A program made the position numbers and the translations under genes. From Octopus sinensis (lineage: Eukaryota), in assembly GCF_006345805.1 (NCBI RefSeq), contig NW_021836291.1:418654-482653 (forward strand): DNA of 64,000 nucleotides, given 5' to 3'. Under the pieces are notes generated by a model, which saw nothing but the letters and a program-made list of their open reading frames with translations, searched no databases and had not been told where the DNA came from. This document shows positions 62,476-64,000 of this stretch, piece by piece. Each line of letters opens with the position of its first letter. The first letter of the stretch is position 1.

Positions 62476-64000
62476 TACGTCAACAAAATTTACCTTAGTG
62501 GCAAGAAACATAATAAATCACTTCTAAAATAATAGCGTTCTTATTTAAATCTAAAAATGCGTTTTTATTTTCACCAAAAATAAACGCGAGATCTCCACTT
62601 GTGTGCAACCAATCGACCTGATTTTTTCAGGACAACTGCCTCCCTTGATCGTCTACTATATTAACTTGTTCAACCTCCTCTAAACCTTTTTACTATCTCA
62701 AACTAAGGAACCATGTACGATGTAACTTAAGATGTCAGACTTACAATGTAAATAAGAAAATAAATAAATTAATTAATTAAAAATATTGTTATATATCAAT
62801 TTTGATGTTTTATGAACGTTTTTGCATGCAAAACTGGAGTCAGACGTTCCTAGACCTTAGTTTCTTTATAGGCTACTACAATGTATGCTAATGGACTATC
62901 CATAAGAACCCTTCTAGAAGAGGCCTGGAATTATGCAGTTTATTGATAAAATCTTTAGAATACATTAAAAAATTCACTAAACATATTATAAATTAGTTGA
63001 TTAACAAATTTGAAAAGCTGAACTGTCTGAACTTTACATAATCCTAACTAAAAATAAGTCTTTATTTCCCGACAAAACACCCCCCGAGATCCCCACGTGT
63101 GTAAATGCAATCGACTCGATTTTTTCAGACATAAGTGTGTAAATATGATAGTAAATTGTATTAGCCTGTTCAACCTTTTTTAGGACCTTTATCCATGTCA
63201 AATCAAAGCCTTTTTGATAAACACGTGTCTCAATAAAGGAAATATGCTCGAATATGTATTTAAAATTGACTATTTAAGTTAAAAATATATTTAATGGTCC
63301 TTGAACAATTAGTATATTGACATTTTTATGTGCCTCCGATATGCGAGATCTCTCCAGCGGCCTAATTGTTCTTAAACTTTACAAACTAACTAGAAGCCCG
63401 TTAACATAATTTTTCAAAAATCAAATTTAAATTCTATATAAAAGTGATCCGAGCGAGTTAGGATCATAATAACACTAAATTCAATTTGCTCCGCCAGAAC
63501 GTGTCCCAAGCAATAGTGAGGGGAAACAGGATCGCCATCACATGTAAAATTTTAACAAATAAAAAAATTAAAGATTTATTTAAAAAAAGGAATAACAAAA
63601 TTAAAAAACAGTAAAAGATTGCTTTTTTGACTCTCGGTGGAAGTTGGAGATGAATCTGTGCAAATTCGACTCCAAGATCCGACCCCCCAATAACGAATGT
63701 TTTTTTCTGCCTCTCTATGAAACGATCGTCGTTATCCTGGCGAAGAGATTTGCGATCTGTCAGGCAGCTGGCCCTCCCTTTGATAATTCACTTTTGCTTG
63801 AACTAAAAAAAAAGTCAACTTACTATCTACGCTTCTCAGAAATTTATTATCCGGAAAACAGCCCGCTTTTTCTAGTACATATATCTTTAACCATCGCAGT
63901 AAATGTTATACGATCTAAAAGTAGCCCGTCTTAACTGGTCGCATCAATATTTTTCTATACTACTATCCAGAGATTTTTTTCAAATTTGGACTTTGCTATA
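62476..64000. repeat. Second rDNA spacer copy (one subrepeat); implies another unit beyond the window end
   Basis: Near identity to 56478-58986, with subrepeat heads only at 62588 and 63086. Confidence 0.92.

Overview
AT-rich, very compact animal genomic DNA with spliceosomal micro-introns (mostly 22-30 nt, GT-AG). Gene content plus a strongly divergent, shortened rDNA fit a reduced parasitic metazoan; a dicyemid-like mesozoan is my inference and is not verified. Host genes I can reconstruct: a Cys-less pentameric ligand-gated channel, a secreted Cys-rich repeat protein, TDP2, an orphan single-pass membrane protein, NAPE-PLD, FAM184-like, CNOT1, TONSL, squalene synthase, GINS2, LLPH, U2AF2 and tRNA-Leu(CAG). 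They lie among many decayed transposons: six CRE-like RLE retroelements, APE-type LINEs, R4-like elements, Tigger and Tc1. The most unusual items are: (1) a 1.7-kb Ginger-type integrase DNA transposon with TIRs, a 5-bp TSD and nine 24-26-nt introns; (2) the end of an rDNA array whose last unit is an 18S(5')-28S(3') fusion that keeps a probable Pol I start site and has a non-canonical sarcin-ricin loop; (3) an orphan diverged copy of the rDNA spacer carrying two insertions, each with an 11-bp TSD. Several single-base frameshifts in homopolymers of conserved genes suggest sequencing error. Exon boundaries were read by eye.
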